From the NCBI GenBank assembly GCA_045603485.1, contig JAZUMF010000005.1, forward strand, positions 40,784-104,783: a stretch of DNA of 64,000 nt, given 5' to 3'. The translations under genes were made by a program, and so were the position numbers. Positions 49,213 to 58,354 of the stretch are shown piece by piece. The DNA comes from Kiritimatiellia bacterium (GTDB taxonomy: Bacteria; Verrucomicrobiota; Kiritimatiellia; RFP12; JAAYLN01). The notes beneath the pieces were generated by a model. That model saw only the letters and a list, made by a program, of their open reading frames with translations, ran no database searches and had not been told where the DNA came from. Each line of letters begins with the position of its first letter. Within the stretch, counting starts at the first letter, position 1.

Positions 49213-52200
49213 ATGGATGCAGGACCGGATGCACAGCATGGTGTAAATACAGGCGTTGTGGAATCCAAATACTATGTGGATGTATGGTTGCCGGACGCTA
49301 AAGACTATCCGGGGTTGAGAGGAGCAAGTCCCAAAGTCCAAGAGGCATTGGGTCTAGGCCTTGGACTTCCAGATAAACCTACAGTTGTTCCACTTGGTGA
49401 AATAGAAATTAATCTTAAGCCTCGGTTCTATAAGCGAAACGAAAAGAATCTTGATATTGATAGTGAATCGGTCGCGGCCATTTCGTTTTCGGAAGATTTC
49501 GCGAAGCAGTGTAATTCCAATGATGTGGCCGTTCTTGCAATGATGGGTGGGGTTCTTCCTGCAGGGAAGAATTTCTTTAGAATGGGTTTTTCCGTTGAAA
49601 CTATTGCGGCCATCATTGGAGATCAGATTATTAATGATAATGACGGACGGGTGTCTCATGTTTTTTTGATTCGTGTGGATAATGATCTTGGAAATGAATT
49701 TGAACGAGCATTCTCAAGGGCGGTGAATGCCCCAAACCAAGGGCGTTCTTTGGATATACTCAAGATTGATGAGAACGGTACCCCCATTACTAAGAAGATA
49801 CAAATTACGCCGACGGACGAACAGGTGGCACGGAATACCTCAACGAATGAGGGTGTTATTAGTAAATGGTTGACTAGTTGTATTAAAAATCCGGAACACC
49901 CAAGAAATCAAGGCCTGAGATCTGTTGTCATATATGGATATTGGGAGCAATATTGGAATTTCGTAATAGAAGTATTAAGATGCAAAGCCTTTTGTAACGA
50001 CGAAGATTGGTTATATGTTGAGTCAAATTACCCGCTACATTATCCCTTTATTCTTTATGAAGCACGACATGTAGATGATTTAGATCAAGATGATTTGCAA
50101 AATTTTACTAAAGAACGCACTGATGATATTATTCCGAGATCGGTGGAAATTACGAGTTCGGGAAAAAATAATAAAAGGATAATGGGAGATAAAAAACAAG
50201 AGAAAACAGGAGGTGAAAGTCCAGAGAAACCGCCGGAGAGTGTGTTTCACCCTCAGAAGGGGAATTTGCAAAACAACAATGAAGACGAAAGGGATTTCAA
50301 TATATTTAATGAAAAGAAAATGGCTCATGCGAGTACGATAGCTCATGCGATCAAGAATAGGGATGAACCTGAAGAAGAGCATCAAAAAGAATCTAAGGAA
50401 CTCAGTCAAGAAAAGCTTATGCCGAGGGAACTTAAGCGAATTCGTTGTATAACGGGTAGACTCGTTAATGATGGTGAAAGTAGTTTCATTACATTTGCGA
50501 AGGAAACGGTTCGCCTGCTTCGTGCTGCTATTAGGGACGCTCATGAAAAAAAGGGAAAAGCGCAAGATCGGACCATCAAATCTATACGAGAATGCATATG
50601 CAAGTTTTTGGCAAATAGTAAGTTCTATGCAGCGGAACATCTAGGGTCTTTCTTTTTTCGAAAAGATGGTGAATTGTTTTTCCCTCTCTACCTCTATAAC
50701 GGAAAGCTTGAGCGACAAAGAATCGTCAGAGAGTCTTGTTGTAAGGGTGATGAATTCACAAAGGAGGCTATAGCCGATCAATTACTACAACTATCTAATT
50801 CTCTGAACAAGATAACGCGGGCTGAAATCCCCCGCAACCTTAAGGTAGGCAATTCGGATGGTGCTAAGAAGGTATTTGAGGAATTCAGTAAAATAATTGC
50901 TGACATCTCAAAGGGAATTGAGATTAAGTTTGTAAGCTATTATCCTAATACAGAGCACCTGTTCTATACATGGACAGATACGCAGGAGGGAAATGTTGAT
51001 AAGACGGAGCGATTTATCAATGTTAGCATTTTTGATGATGTTTGTAAAAAAATACAAGGTGTAATCCAGATTAACTTAAAAGATTTTGATTTGGAAGATA
51101 ACGATGCATATAGAGTATATTTGGTCTACGAGAGGACTGAAAAAGTTTTTGATGCATTAACTCTGGCGGAGTGGTGGAATACACAAAGCAATGATTGCCA
51201 GGCGACGATTATAGCTGGGAATAAAGGTTGGGAGAGATGTCTATTGCCTGTTAAGGCGGTTGTGTTTGCCAAATCAAGGATTGGGAAACAAGACGGTCAG
51301 ACGGATGAGGGTATGTCTGAAAACGAGTATAAAGATATTATAGACAATGCCAATTATGCACACTACTACCGCGACTGCGACGGCCATGAAAGCAAGTTCA
51401 AGTTTGATGAGATTTTAAGTGGTCTTTGTAAACTTCTTGGGTGTAGTGGAGACAACGGCAATTCAGAATCAGATGCCCGTTTTTTATATTATATTCCTGA
51501 ATATATTCCGGAAGACAACAAACCTGAAGGCAATAATAGTTACAAGATAGGTGGGCAAGGCGGAATCGTTATGGCGACTTGTTGCAAGTTGTCTTTGTTT
51601 GATTTGCAAATTGTTGAGAATATGGTCTCCCACATTTTTTCTAAGCTAAAAACATGTTTGGCAGAACATGATGTCCTCCTTTCAAATATAAAATCTGCCA
51701 TTGGCTCCATAATGTCTCGCAATGGTTCTCATAACATTGGTAGCCATGTATTGGCGGCACTGTCGCACAATGTGGGAACATTGCCGGATGATAGGGTGTT
51801 ATATCAGTATATTCAGCAGCGGATGGATTATATTGCAACGGTGACGACGGACTTTCCGACATGGACGCAACCGACAATGTTTGTAGCCGATATGATGAAA
51901 ACTTTTTTATCGCAGAGGCATTTATTAGATCATATTGTGGAGAGCGAAGGGTTGCATGCATTTCAGTTTCAAAATCCTAATATGACGGATGAGGAGTGGG
52001 CGGCTCAAGAAAACTGTGTAAAGATTTATGTTAGGAAGTTAGATGGTGATGGAAGTGTAAAGGACTTCATTGAATATGAAAAGGGTAAACGAGAACTTCC
52101 CATTGATTTGACTAATGATGTTGATTTAGCAATTCCCGGGGGAATAATTGGTGAACATGCGTTCTATACGATTCTTGAAAATATAATTCGGAATGCCGCG

Positions 52201-54687
52201 AAACATTCTTGGGCGAAGATTAAACAATGGCAAATAAGGCAAAACGAAATTGAGTTGCAGTATAATAATTTGGAGCTTTTCATTGATTTTGAAGAAAAGG
52301 ATGATGAGGTTAAGTATAACGTTTATGCAAAGTTGCCGATGGCTCAGGTAGTTGTGGAAAAATCTAAAGCTGACAATAAATTATGTCAGAAGGTGATTGC
52401 TTCAGAACAACTGATTAAATGGAAGGAAAAGTTTGATGATATGGGTGTAGTGAAAGCAAAGGAGGAAAATGCTTTTAAGGAGCTGCCAGATTATGAACAG
52501 GAACAGGTCAAACTACATTTGGCTAATCTCAAAGACGATCCACTTAAAAAATGGGTAGATAGATATGACAAACAAGGCGGATTGACATCTGATGAGCAGA
52601 AGGAGTTTGATTCATTGGCGATTCATCATAAGCAACAAGTTATGTTGGCGAGGCCTTTTATTGATTCGCAGGGAGCACTTCGTCGTGAGAATTGGGGTAT
52701 GGCAGAAATGAAGATATCGGCAGGATATCTCGCTGGCGAATCTATTGAGGCGATAGGGGGTATTGGAGACAAAAAAGGAAGTAATGAAATTATAACGCCA
52801 CGCATCAAATCAGAAAAGGTCAAGAGGAAATGTATAGAATCAGGGGAAAAAGTAACAGAAATTGAGGTCGAAGAACTATATTTAGGCTATGAATTTTCTA
52901 TTGCCAAACCCAAGGAAATATTGATTATAGTTGCGGAGGAGCTGAATAGGGAAGGAAAAGACGATGAATGGGGTAGTGAAAATATTCGTAATGAATTAAA
53001 AAAGCATGGGATTTTTGTTAAGACAGTTAGCGAGATAAAACAGGAGAACCGTCTTAATTACAGGTATGTAGTTCATTATAATGCACGTGAGTTGTTTGAT
53101 AAAAATTATCATGTTAAAGATGATGTTTTATTGCCGTTTAGAGTGTTAAGTGTGGCGGATATTGAGGATGAAAGGCTTAAAGATTTTATTCCGACAATAG
53201 ATATAAGTAAACTAAAAGAGTGTTTCGAGAAGGGCACTGAAGATCCGAAAAACGGAATTCAAAAACTTGTCTACGATACTTATCTTAAACATTTTTTGTC
53301 ACAACGGAGTGTAGATAATATTGGTCTTTTGGTTGCGATAAATGAAAATGAGAAATCTGGCGGAAATAGTTTGATTTCGGATGCGGATATTCTTGAATTG
53401 ATGCTTGAGCAGAATTTTGCTGTGTGCGTAGCTCAATACAAGGAATTTGCAGCTAACGAAGATAAGATTATTAAGTGTTTAGAATCGATTCGTCATAAAA
53501 GTAGTGCTAAAGATACAGTAATAAAGTTTAAGCACTTCTCAAATAAGACGATAAGGGAATTGATTGCACAACGTATGTGCGATTGGGCTGGAAAGTCTAA
53601 TGATTCATGGATTCCAATAGTTGAACATTTGCGTAAAAAGTATTTCGTATCAGATGCTGAGAGCGAAACTTCCAATGAGCTTAAGCCAAGTAATAATGAA
53701 ATATCAGTTGATTTTGCAGCAAGTGTAAATTCTCTGTCGCAAAAACATCCGATTGATGATTTTATCCGTTATGTGGAATCGATTTTTGAAAATACAAAGA
53801 AACTGTTTAAACAGTATGAAGAGCAGATTGTGACGTTGCCGGCAGGGTATAAGGTTCAATCTTCTGATGTTGGAGAAGGGGCGTCGCTTATAGACGGGAT
53901 TAAGATTATTACATCAGCAGAGAAAGAAGAACTTGAAAAAGAAAAAGATCGCCACTGGATTGGGTATCGCCGTCATGCTCATACGCTACCTGTTGATGAT
54001 TCCAAGAGACTTTATGTTGAGCCGTTAAGCGGAACTCAGACATACTTGTCACAATTGGCGAGAGTAAAAACCGATCTTGGATTGCAAATGCGTCTTATAG
54101 AAAATGGCCTTATGCGTATTCTTGTTCTTGATGAACGAGTTGCGAAGTTCCTTCGTGAGCATCAAAAGGAAGTTGGCCCGCATTATAAGTCGATGAATAT
54201 CCATGTCATTGATCACGAATGGGTTGTTGCTGGTGGAGAAACTCCTCCTGAGGGTTTTTACGGAAAGTTTACTTCTGTGCACAAAGAAGCGTTGAAATCA
54301 TTTGTAAAACCGAAAGATTCTAATGATGGTGAGAATAACCAAAATGGGAATGCCGATGTGAGCTCGAATTCGAACCTTACTATGTTTGATGATGTTGACA
54401 TCTTAATCGTTCATCAGGGGATTCTGGATAAATGGTACCCTGAATTCAAAAATCGTAAGGATATGTGGAAGTTATTGGAAGGGTTCAAGAAATTAGTGAA
54501 ATATGTTGTCGTGACTACTGGTCGAGGGACTCCGGAGAACATACCTGAAGAGACTCATCTGTTGCCGTTCGCCGTCGTTGAATCTACACTCTTTAAGAAA
54601 TATCCAGAGAAGTTGATCTTAACAGATACTATCATGAATGTCCTTCCTGTTGGGAAGAAGAACGACAACTCTGGAGGCCAAAAATGA
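49213..54687 (+). CDS. Giant (1824 aa) cytoplasmic protein with a histidine-kinase-type GHKL ATPase N-box and a degenerate receiver-like C-terminus; AT-rich
   Basis: ATG 49213 lies 10 nt after AAGGAGG, which overlaps the PBP stop. N-box-like LENIIRNAAKHS at about 52176-52210. An upstream H-rich motif SRNGSHNIGSHVLAALSH at about 51712-51765. C-terminus RILVLDERV...DILIVHQGILD...YVVVTTGRG. No Walker A and no TM helices found. The nucleotide composition is visibly AT-rich compared with the flanks. Confidence 0.6.
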   Translation: MDAGPDAQHGVNTGVVESKYYVDVWLPDAKDYPGLRGASPKVQEALGLGLGLPDKPTVVPLGEIEINLKPRFYKRNEKNLDIDSESVAAISFSEDFAKQCNSNDVAVLAMMGGVLPAGKNFFRMGFSVETIAAIIGDQIINDNDGRVSHVFLIRVDNDLGNEFERAFSRAVNAPNQGRSLDILKIDENGTPITKKIQITPTDEQVARNTSTNEGVISKWLTSCIKNPEHPRNQGLRSVVIYGYWEQYWNFVIEVLRCKAFCNDEDWLYVESNYPLHYPFILYEARHVDDLDQDDLQNFTKERTDDIIPRSVEITSSGKNNKRIMGDKKQEKTGGESPEKPPESVFHPQKGNLQNNNEDERDFNIFNEKKMAHASTIAHAIKNRDEPEEEHQKESKELSQEKLMPRELKRIRCITGRLVNDGESSFITFAKETVRLLRAAIRDAHEKKGKAQDRTIKSIRECICKFLANSKFYAAEHLGSFFFRKDGELFFPLYLYNGKLERQRIVRESCCKGDEFTKEAIADQLLQLSNSLNKITRAEIPRNLKVGNSDGAKKVFEEFSKIIADISKGIEIKFVSYYPNTEHLFYTWTDTQEGNVDKTERFINVSIFDDVCKKIQGVIQINLKDFDLEDNDAYRVYLVYERTEKVFDALTLAEWWNTQSNDCQATIIAGNKGWERCLLPVKAVVFAKSRIGKQDGQTDEGMSENEYKDIIDNANYAHYYRDCDGHESKFKFDEILSGLCKLLGCSGDNGNSESDARFLYYIPEYIPEDNKPEGNNSYKIGGQGGIVMATCCKLSLFDLQIVENMVSHIFSKLKTCLAEHDVLLSNIKSAIGSIMSRNGSHNIGSHVLAALSHNVGTLPDDRVLYQYIQQRMDYIATVTTDFPTWTQPTMFVADMMKTFLSQRHLLDHIVESEGLHAFQFQNPNMTDEEWAAQENCVKIYVRKLDGDGSVKDFIEYEKGKRELPIDLTNDVDLAIPGGIIGEHAFYTILENIIRNAAKHSWAKIKQWQIRQNEIELQYNNLELFIDFEEKDDEVKYNVYAKLPMAQVVVEKSKADNKLCQKVIASEQLIKWKEKFDDMGVVKAKEENAFKELPDYEQEQVKLHLANLKDDPLKKWVDRYDKQGGLTSDEQKEFDSLAIHHKQQVMLARPFIDSQGALRRENWGMAEMKISAGYLAGESIEAIGGIGDKKGSNEIITPRIKSEKVKRKCIESGEKVTEIEVEELYLGYEFSIAKPKEILIIVAEELNREGKDDEWGSENIRNELKKHGIFVKTVSEIKQENRLNYRYVVHYNARELFDKNYHVKDDVLLPFRVLSVADIEDERLKDFIPTIDISKLKECFEKGTEDPKNGIQKLVYDTYLKHFLSQRSVDNIGLLVAINENEKSGGNSLISDADILELMLEQNFAVCVAQYKEFAANEDKIIKCLESIRHKSSAKDTVIKFKHFSNKTIRELIAQRMCDWAGKSNDSWIPIVEHLRKKYFVSDAESETSNELKPSNNEISVDFAASVNSLSQKHPIDDFIRYVESIFENTKKLFKQYEEQIVTLPAGYKVQSSDVGEGASLIDGIKIITSAEKEELEKEKDRHWIGYRRHAHTLPVDDSKRLYVEPLSGTQTYLSQLARVKTDLGLQMRLIENGLMRILVLDERVAKFLREHQKEVGPHYKSMNIHVIDHEWVVAGGETPPEGFYGKFTSVHKEALKSFVKPKDSNDGENNQNGNADVSSNSNLTMFDDVDILIVHQGILDKWYPEFKNRKDMWKLLEGFKKLVKYVVVTTGRGTPENIPEETHLLPFAVVESTLFKKYPEKLILTDTIMNVLPVGKKNDNSGGQK

Positions 54688-55280
54688 AATATTATGTCTT
54701 TATCGCAAGAGACGAGGAAGAGTTTTCGCGCTATCCTCAAAGTGGGTTTCAGGAGCTGAAGAGGGATTTTGCAAAAACGATTCGCCATAAGGAGATGGGA
54801 GACTCATATTTATTGATTATATCAAGCGATGTGAAGCCTAAGAATGCAGAATCGGATGAAGATGTTAAGATGATGTGTTTTAAGGTTGCAGCTGCGATAA
54901 AGTTAGTAAATACAAATTACGATTATGCAGCAGGTAATGATTGTGTGCATATTTTTGTTCATGTGGGTGGAGAAGGTAGTTGTGGCTTAGGGAAAATGGA
55001 GGAAAGTCTAAAAAAGAAGGTTGGAGAAATAAAGGAAAATTGGAAAGTTTTTCTTTTAAGTTCAAGCTGGCGCTGGAGAATTGATGTCAAGCAGTCTATG
55101 ATTAGATTGCCTAATAGAGAAGGGGAACTTGATGTTCTTGTAAAGCGGTGCGAGATGGACATTGCCGCTGAGATTTTAAAAGGATTTAAGGCTCGTTATA
55201 GTACTACTGAGAAAAAAGATTGCTATGATAAAATCTGTGAAAAGCTTTCCATTGTTAAGATTGAGGAGAAGAGAAAATGA
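54684..55280 (+). CDS. Small hypothetical protein (198 aa), possibly a degenerate receiver/flavodoxin-like fold
   Basis: ATGA overlap with the upstream and downstream genes. Alternating beta-alpha pattern: YYVFIARDEE, YLLIISSD, VHIFVHVGG. No recognisable catalytic motif. Confidence 0.45.
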   Translation: MKYYVFIARDEEEFSRYPQSGFQELKRDFAKTIRHKEMGDSYLLIISSDVKPKNAESDEDVKMMCFKVAAAIKLVNTNYDYAAGNDCVHIFVHVGGEGSCGLGKMEESLKKKVGEIKENWKVFLLSSSWRWRIDVKQSMIRLPNREGELDVLVKRCEMDIAAEILKGFKARYSTTEKKDCYDKICEKLSIVKIEEKRK

Positions 55281-58200
55281 GCAATGGCAGAAAATTAAAT
55301 CTTTTTATTTTTGACTTGGCACAGCATGGAGAACTGACAAACCTAGTACTGTGGCAAGTAGCTAAGATGTTTGAGATGAGGTGTGGTATCTGTGTTGCTT
55401 CTTATTCATGGTGTGCGCCTTTAAAGAAAGAGAAATTTATTCCTCTATTTCTTTGCAATTCGTATGATGAGATTAGGGCGCATGGTTTTAATGTGCCAAG
55501 AGAATTTGTCTTTGAGGTTGGATTGAATCCTAATCCTAATTATATTGATGATCCAGATAATCAACCAGAGATGTTGTGTGAGATCTTAGGGGATAAGATA
55601 GAAGATCGGTTAAGTCTGTATAAGGAGTTAGAAATAGGTGTAAGTTTTGAGGATGTTAAAGACTGGTGTGTCGGTGCGTTTCGTAGATATTTGTTTATGG
55701 ATGATGATGTTCACGGAACATCGGGGACTTTTTCTATTTCGGAATTAATGAAATGCAACAAAGAAACAGGCTTGAATGTTGATGATAAATATTGGCAAAA
55801 ATGGTTTGGGGAATTCGGTGATGACAAAAATAAATTTAACAGAGAGATGTTGCGGGCTAGATTCGGAGTTGGCGTGAAAAATTCAAGTGACAGTACAACG
55901 CAAAATCCAAAGGAAGATGATCCGCTCAGAAATTATAAGGATGTATTGTCGGTTGTGTTTGAGGAAGAATTTAGGTGCATAAAAGCAGACGTTATTGAGA
56001 ATCCGGGCGAAAGCTATCAAAGAGTAAAAGATTTTTTTGAGAAGAAGTTTCCAAGTCAGCAAGGTCTTGCATTAAAATTTATTTCTCCATGCGGAAAGAT
56101 ACGTGTACTTGTTGTAGATGATAATGCTACAGCCGAAGTTGAAAGTCTTAAAAGTAAAGAATCGTTGTCTAATATTTTTGATTTTGCTCCGTTGGATTTG
56201 AAGAAGCGAGATGATGAATCTTCGAATCAGTTTATAAAAAGATCCATAGGCGAGATAAAAAATAAATCTAAGGAATGTGTTGATGTAATTTTATTAGATC
56301 TAAGCTTAGGCGAGGCGACAGGTTCTGATTTGACTGGCTATCATCTGATTAAGAGATTTAAGCAATGGATGCCGACGGCCTATATCATTATTTATTCTGA
56401 ACATGAGGATATGGGGCATATTGTTCGTGCGTTCAGAGAGGGTGCCGATTGGTTTTTGAAAAAGAGCGAAGCTCAAGAAAAACTTGCGCGTCATTTTATT
56501 TCGTTGATGGCGAATCGCAAATGGAGAAAAGAATTCGGCGTCATCAGACCGAAATATGTTCTTGATATAAAAGGCAAGGATGAAAATTTTATCGCCAAAT
56601 TCAATGTAAAAGAGGTATGGCAATATTTGACAATAAAAAGTCTGGAATTATTGCCGGGACATTATATCAAGATAAATAAGATGGGGGGCGGTATCAGTTC
56701 GGCTGTCACATTCCGAGCGCAGAAAGGCATTACAAGAGATACTGAAGATAATCAGGCGCCCGTAATCATCAAGATAGATTCTGTTTTTAATACGAGGATG
56801 GAATATGAGCGTTATTTCCGCTTCATTCGACCGTATATTGCCAATGAGTCGGGGCGGATAGAGAAGCGTGAAATAGTTCTCAATAGGGATAGCGCCGCGA
56901 TTGTTTATACATTTACAGGGCGGCGAGATGCTGCACATGAACTTAACACCTTGGACGAACTGCTGCGCCGCGATATGTTATCGCGTGAAACTTGCGATTA
57001 TGAAAAATATCGCAAGATGTTTAATGCGCTGTTTGATGAGATCACAGCGCGTCTGCACAGGGTGACTCCAGTCGCAGAATTCAGGGATTTAAAGACAGAT
57101 CCGGAAGAGTTGTCGGAGTTTTCTGATTATCCCAATCGCACATTTGGAGAATTGGAGAGTGATTCTATATCATCCTCCGATCAAGGTCATAAATCTTGGT
57201 TTTTCTCGAATTTTACATATAGAATGCCGATAGAGAGTGTTGCTGAAAAGTTTATAATAAGTGAAGGCTCAAGCAATCCGAATGAGGTATATGAAGTTTA
57301 TGGTATCCAGAAGGATGACTTAGGTAAGAATTCCGCTAAATACCCTTATACTTATGTTATTGAATGTCAGCGATATAAGATTAAAACTGAAAATGATAAT
57401 AAAGAGTTGCATCAAAAGGTGTTGCTGAAAGGCGATTTAGCGTCATATTACGCCCGTTTTAGGACACATCTTTGGCCGGGAATGTTGCTGTCGATAAAAC
57501 TGGGGGAAGGTCAAACATTAAATGAGAACGAACTTATGTCTTGGTGCTTTTGTTTCTGCGCCAATAAGAATTTATATCAAATCCGCGCTGAAAAGACAGA
57601 AGATGGCTCTAAACAAGAGGGATGTTTCCGGATATCTAAAAAGCTTTATAATAAGATGGCCGGATGGTTTAAGGATAAAGAAAACCGATACTTAATAACA
57701 GTTCGTGACGCGCTGAAAAAACTTGTCGATGAGGAGCCGCACAGATTTGTGTGTCCGGTTGGTATTGTGCACGGCGATTTAAATCTTAAGAACATTATGA
57801 TTGAATCCCGGGTCAATCCACCGAAAGAAATTCAAGCAGACATAACGAAGGTTTTGTCTGATGTGTGGCTTATAGACTTTGCTCGGACGCGGCGAGATGT
57901 CGTAGCACATGATTTCAATGTCGCTTTTACATCAGTACTTCCGTTGCTCTTTCAGCCGGATCTCGTTGGGACGCATGAGAAGGGTAAACCGTTTGAGCAG
58001 AATGATGAGCAGAAGAAATACGTCGAAGAATTAGATGAAAAACTTGAACCGTATTTGCGCCATGTTCTCTTTGACAAGTATGATACTTTGTCGGATTTGT
58101 TTGCGGAAGATCAGCGACTTGTTTTCATGTACAAGATATTAAGAAGAATCCGTAAAGCGGCACTTGCGACGGGGATGTCGGAGGATATGTATCTACTGAC

Positions 58201-58354
58201 GACAGCACTGACATGTTTGTATTCGTTTAAACTGTATTTAAAACAAGGAATGCCGGAAGCCGCAACAGCACTTGTAATGGCGGGATTGCTTTGCGTGGAG
58301 AAGTTGAATCCGCCAGATGACTGTTTCGAAGCATCTAATCAGAAAACATTATGA
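55277..58354 (+). CDS. Receiver (REC) domain fused to a eukaryotic-like Ser/Thr protein-kinase-like domain (1025 aa)
   Basis: REC: VLVVDDN (56101-56127), VILLDLSL, IIIYSEHED, DWFLKKS. Kinase: G-loop KMGGGISSAV, beta3 VIIKI, catalytic loop HGDLNLKNIMI (57769-57803), and DFG-like LIDFARTR. Confidence 0.7.
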   Translation: MSNGRKLNLFIFDLAQHGELTNLVLWQVAKMFEMRCGICVASYSWCAPLKKEKFIPLFLCNSYDEIRAHGFNVPREFVFEVGLNPNPNYIDDPDNQPEMLCEILGDKIEDRLSLYKELEIGVSFEDVKDWCVGAFRRYLFMDDDVHGTSGTFSISELMKCNKETGLNVDDKYWQKWFGEFGDDKNKFNREMLRARFGVGVKNSSDSTTQNPKEDDPLRNYKDVLSVVFEEEFRCIKADVIENPGESYQRVKDFFEKKFPSQQGLALKFISPCGKIRVLVVDDNATAEVESLKSKESLSNIFDFAPLDLKKRDDESSNQFIKRSIGEIKNKSKECVDVILLDLSLGEATGSDLTGYHLIKRFKQWMPTAYIIIYSEHEDMGHIVRAFREGADWFLKKSEAQEKLARHFISLMANRKWRKEFGVIRPKYVLDIKGKDENFIAKFNVKEVWQYLTIKSLELLPGHYIKINKMGGGISSAVTFRAQKGITRDTEDNQAPVIIKIDSVFNTRMEYERYFRFIRPYIANESGRIEKREIVLNRDSAAIVYTFTGRRDAAHELNTLDELLRRDMLSRETCDYEKYRKMFNALFDEITARLHRVTPVAEFRDLKTDPEELSEFSDYPNRTFGELESDSISSSDQGHKSWFFSNFTYRMPIESVAEKFIISEGSSNPNEVYEVYGIQKDDLGKNSAKYPYTYVIECQRYKIKTENDNKELHQKVLLKGDLASYYARFRTHLWPGMLLSIKLGEGQTLNENELMSWCFCFCANKNLYQIRAEKTEDGSKQEGCFRISKKLYNKMAGWFKDKENRYLITVRDALKKLVDEEPHRFVCPVGIVHGDLNLKNIMIESRVNPPKEIQADITKVLSDVWLIDFARTRRDVVAHDFNVAFTSVLPLLFQPDLVGTHEKGKPFEQNDEQKKYVEELDEKLEPYLRHVLFDKYDTLSDLFAEDQRLVFMYKILRRIRKAALATGMSEDMYLLTTALTCLYSFKLYLKQGMPEAATALVMAGLLCVEKLNPPDDCFEASNQKTL

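Noticed and set aside
50080-50640. 186-aa antisense ORF inside the giant gene
   Set aside because: Its composition is what an AT-rich antisense frame of the giant gene would give, with no domain signal. The sense frame is continuous for 1824 codons.
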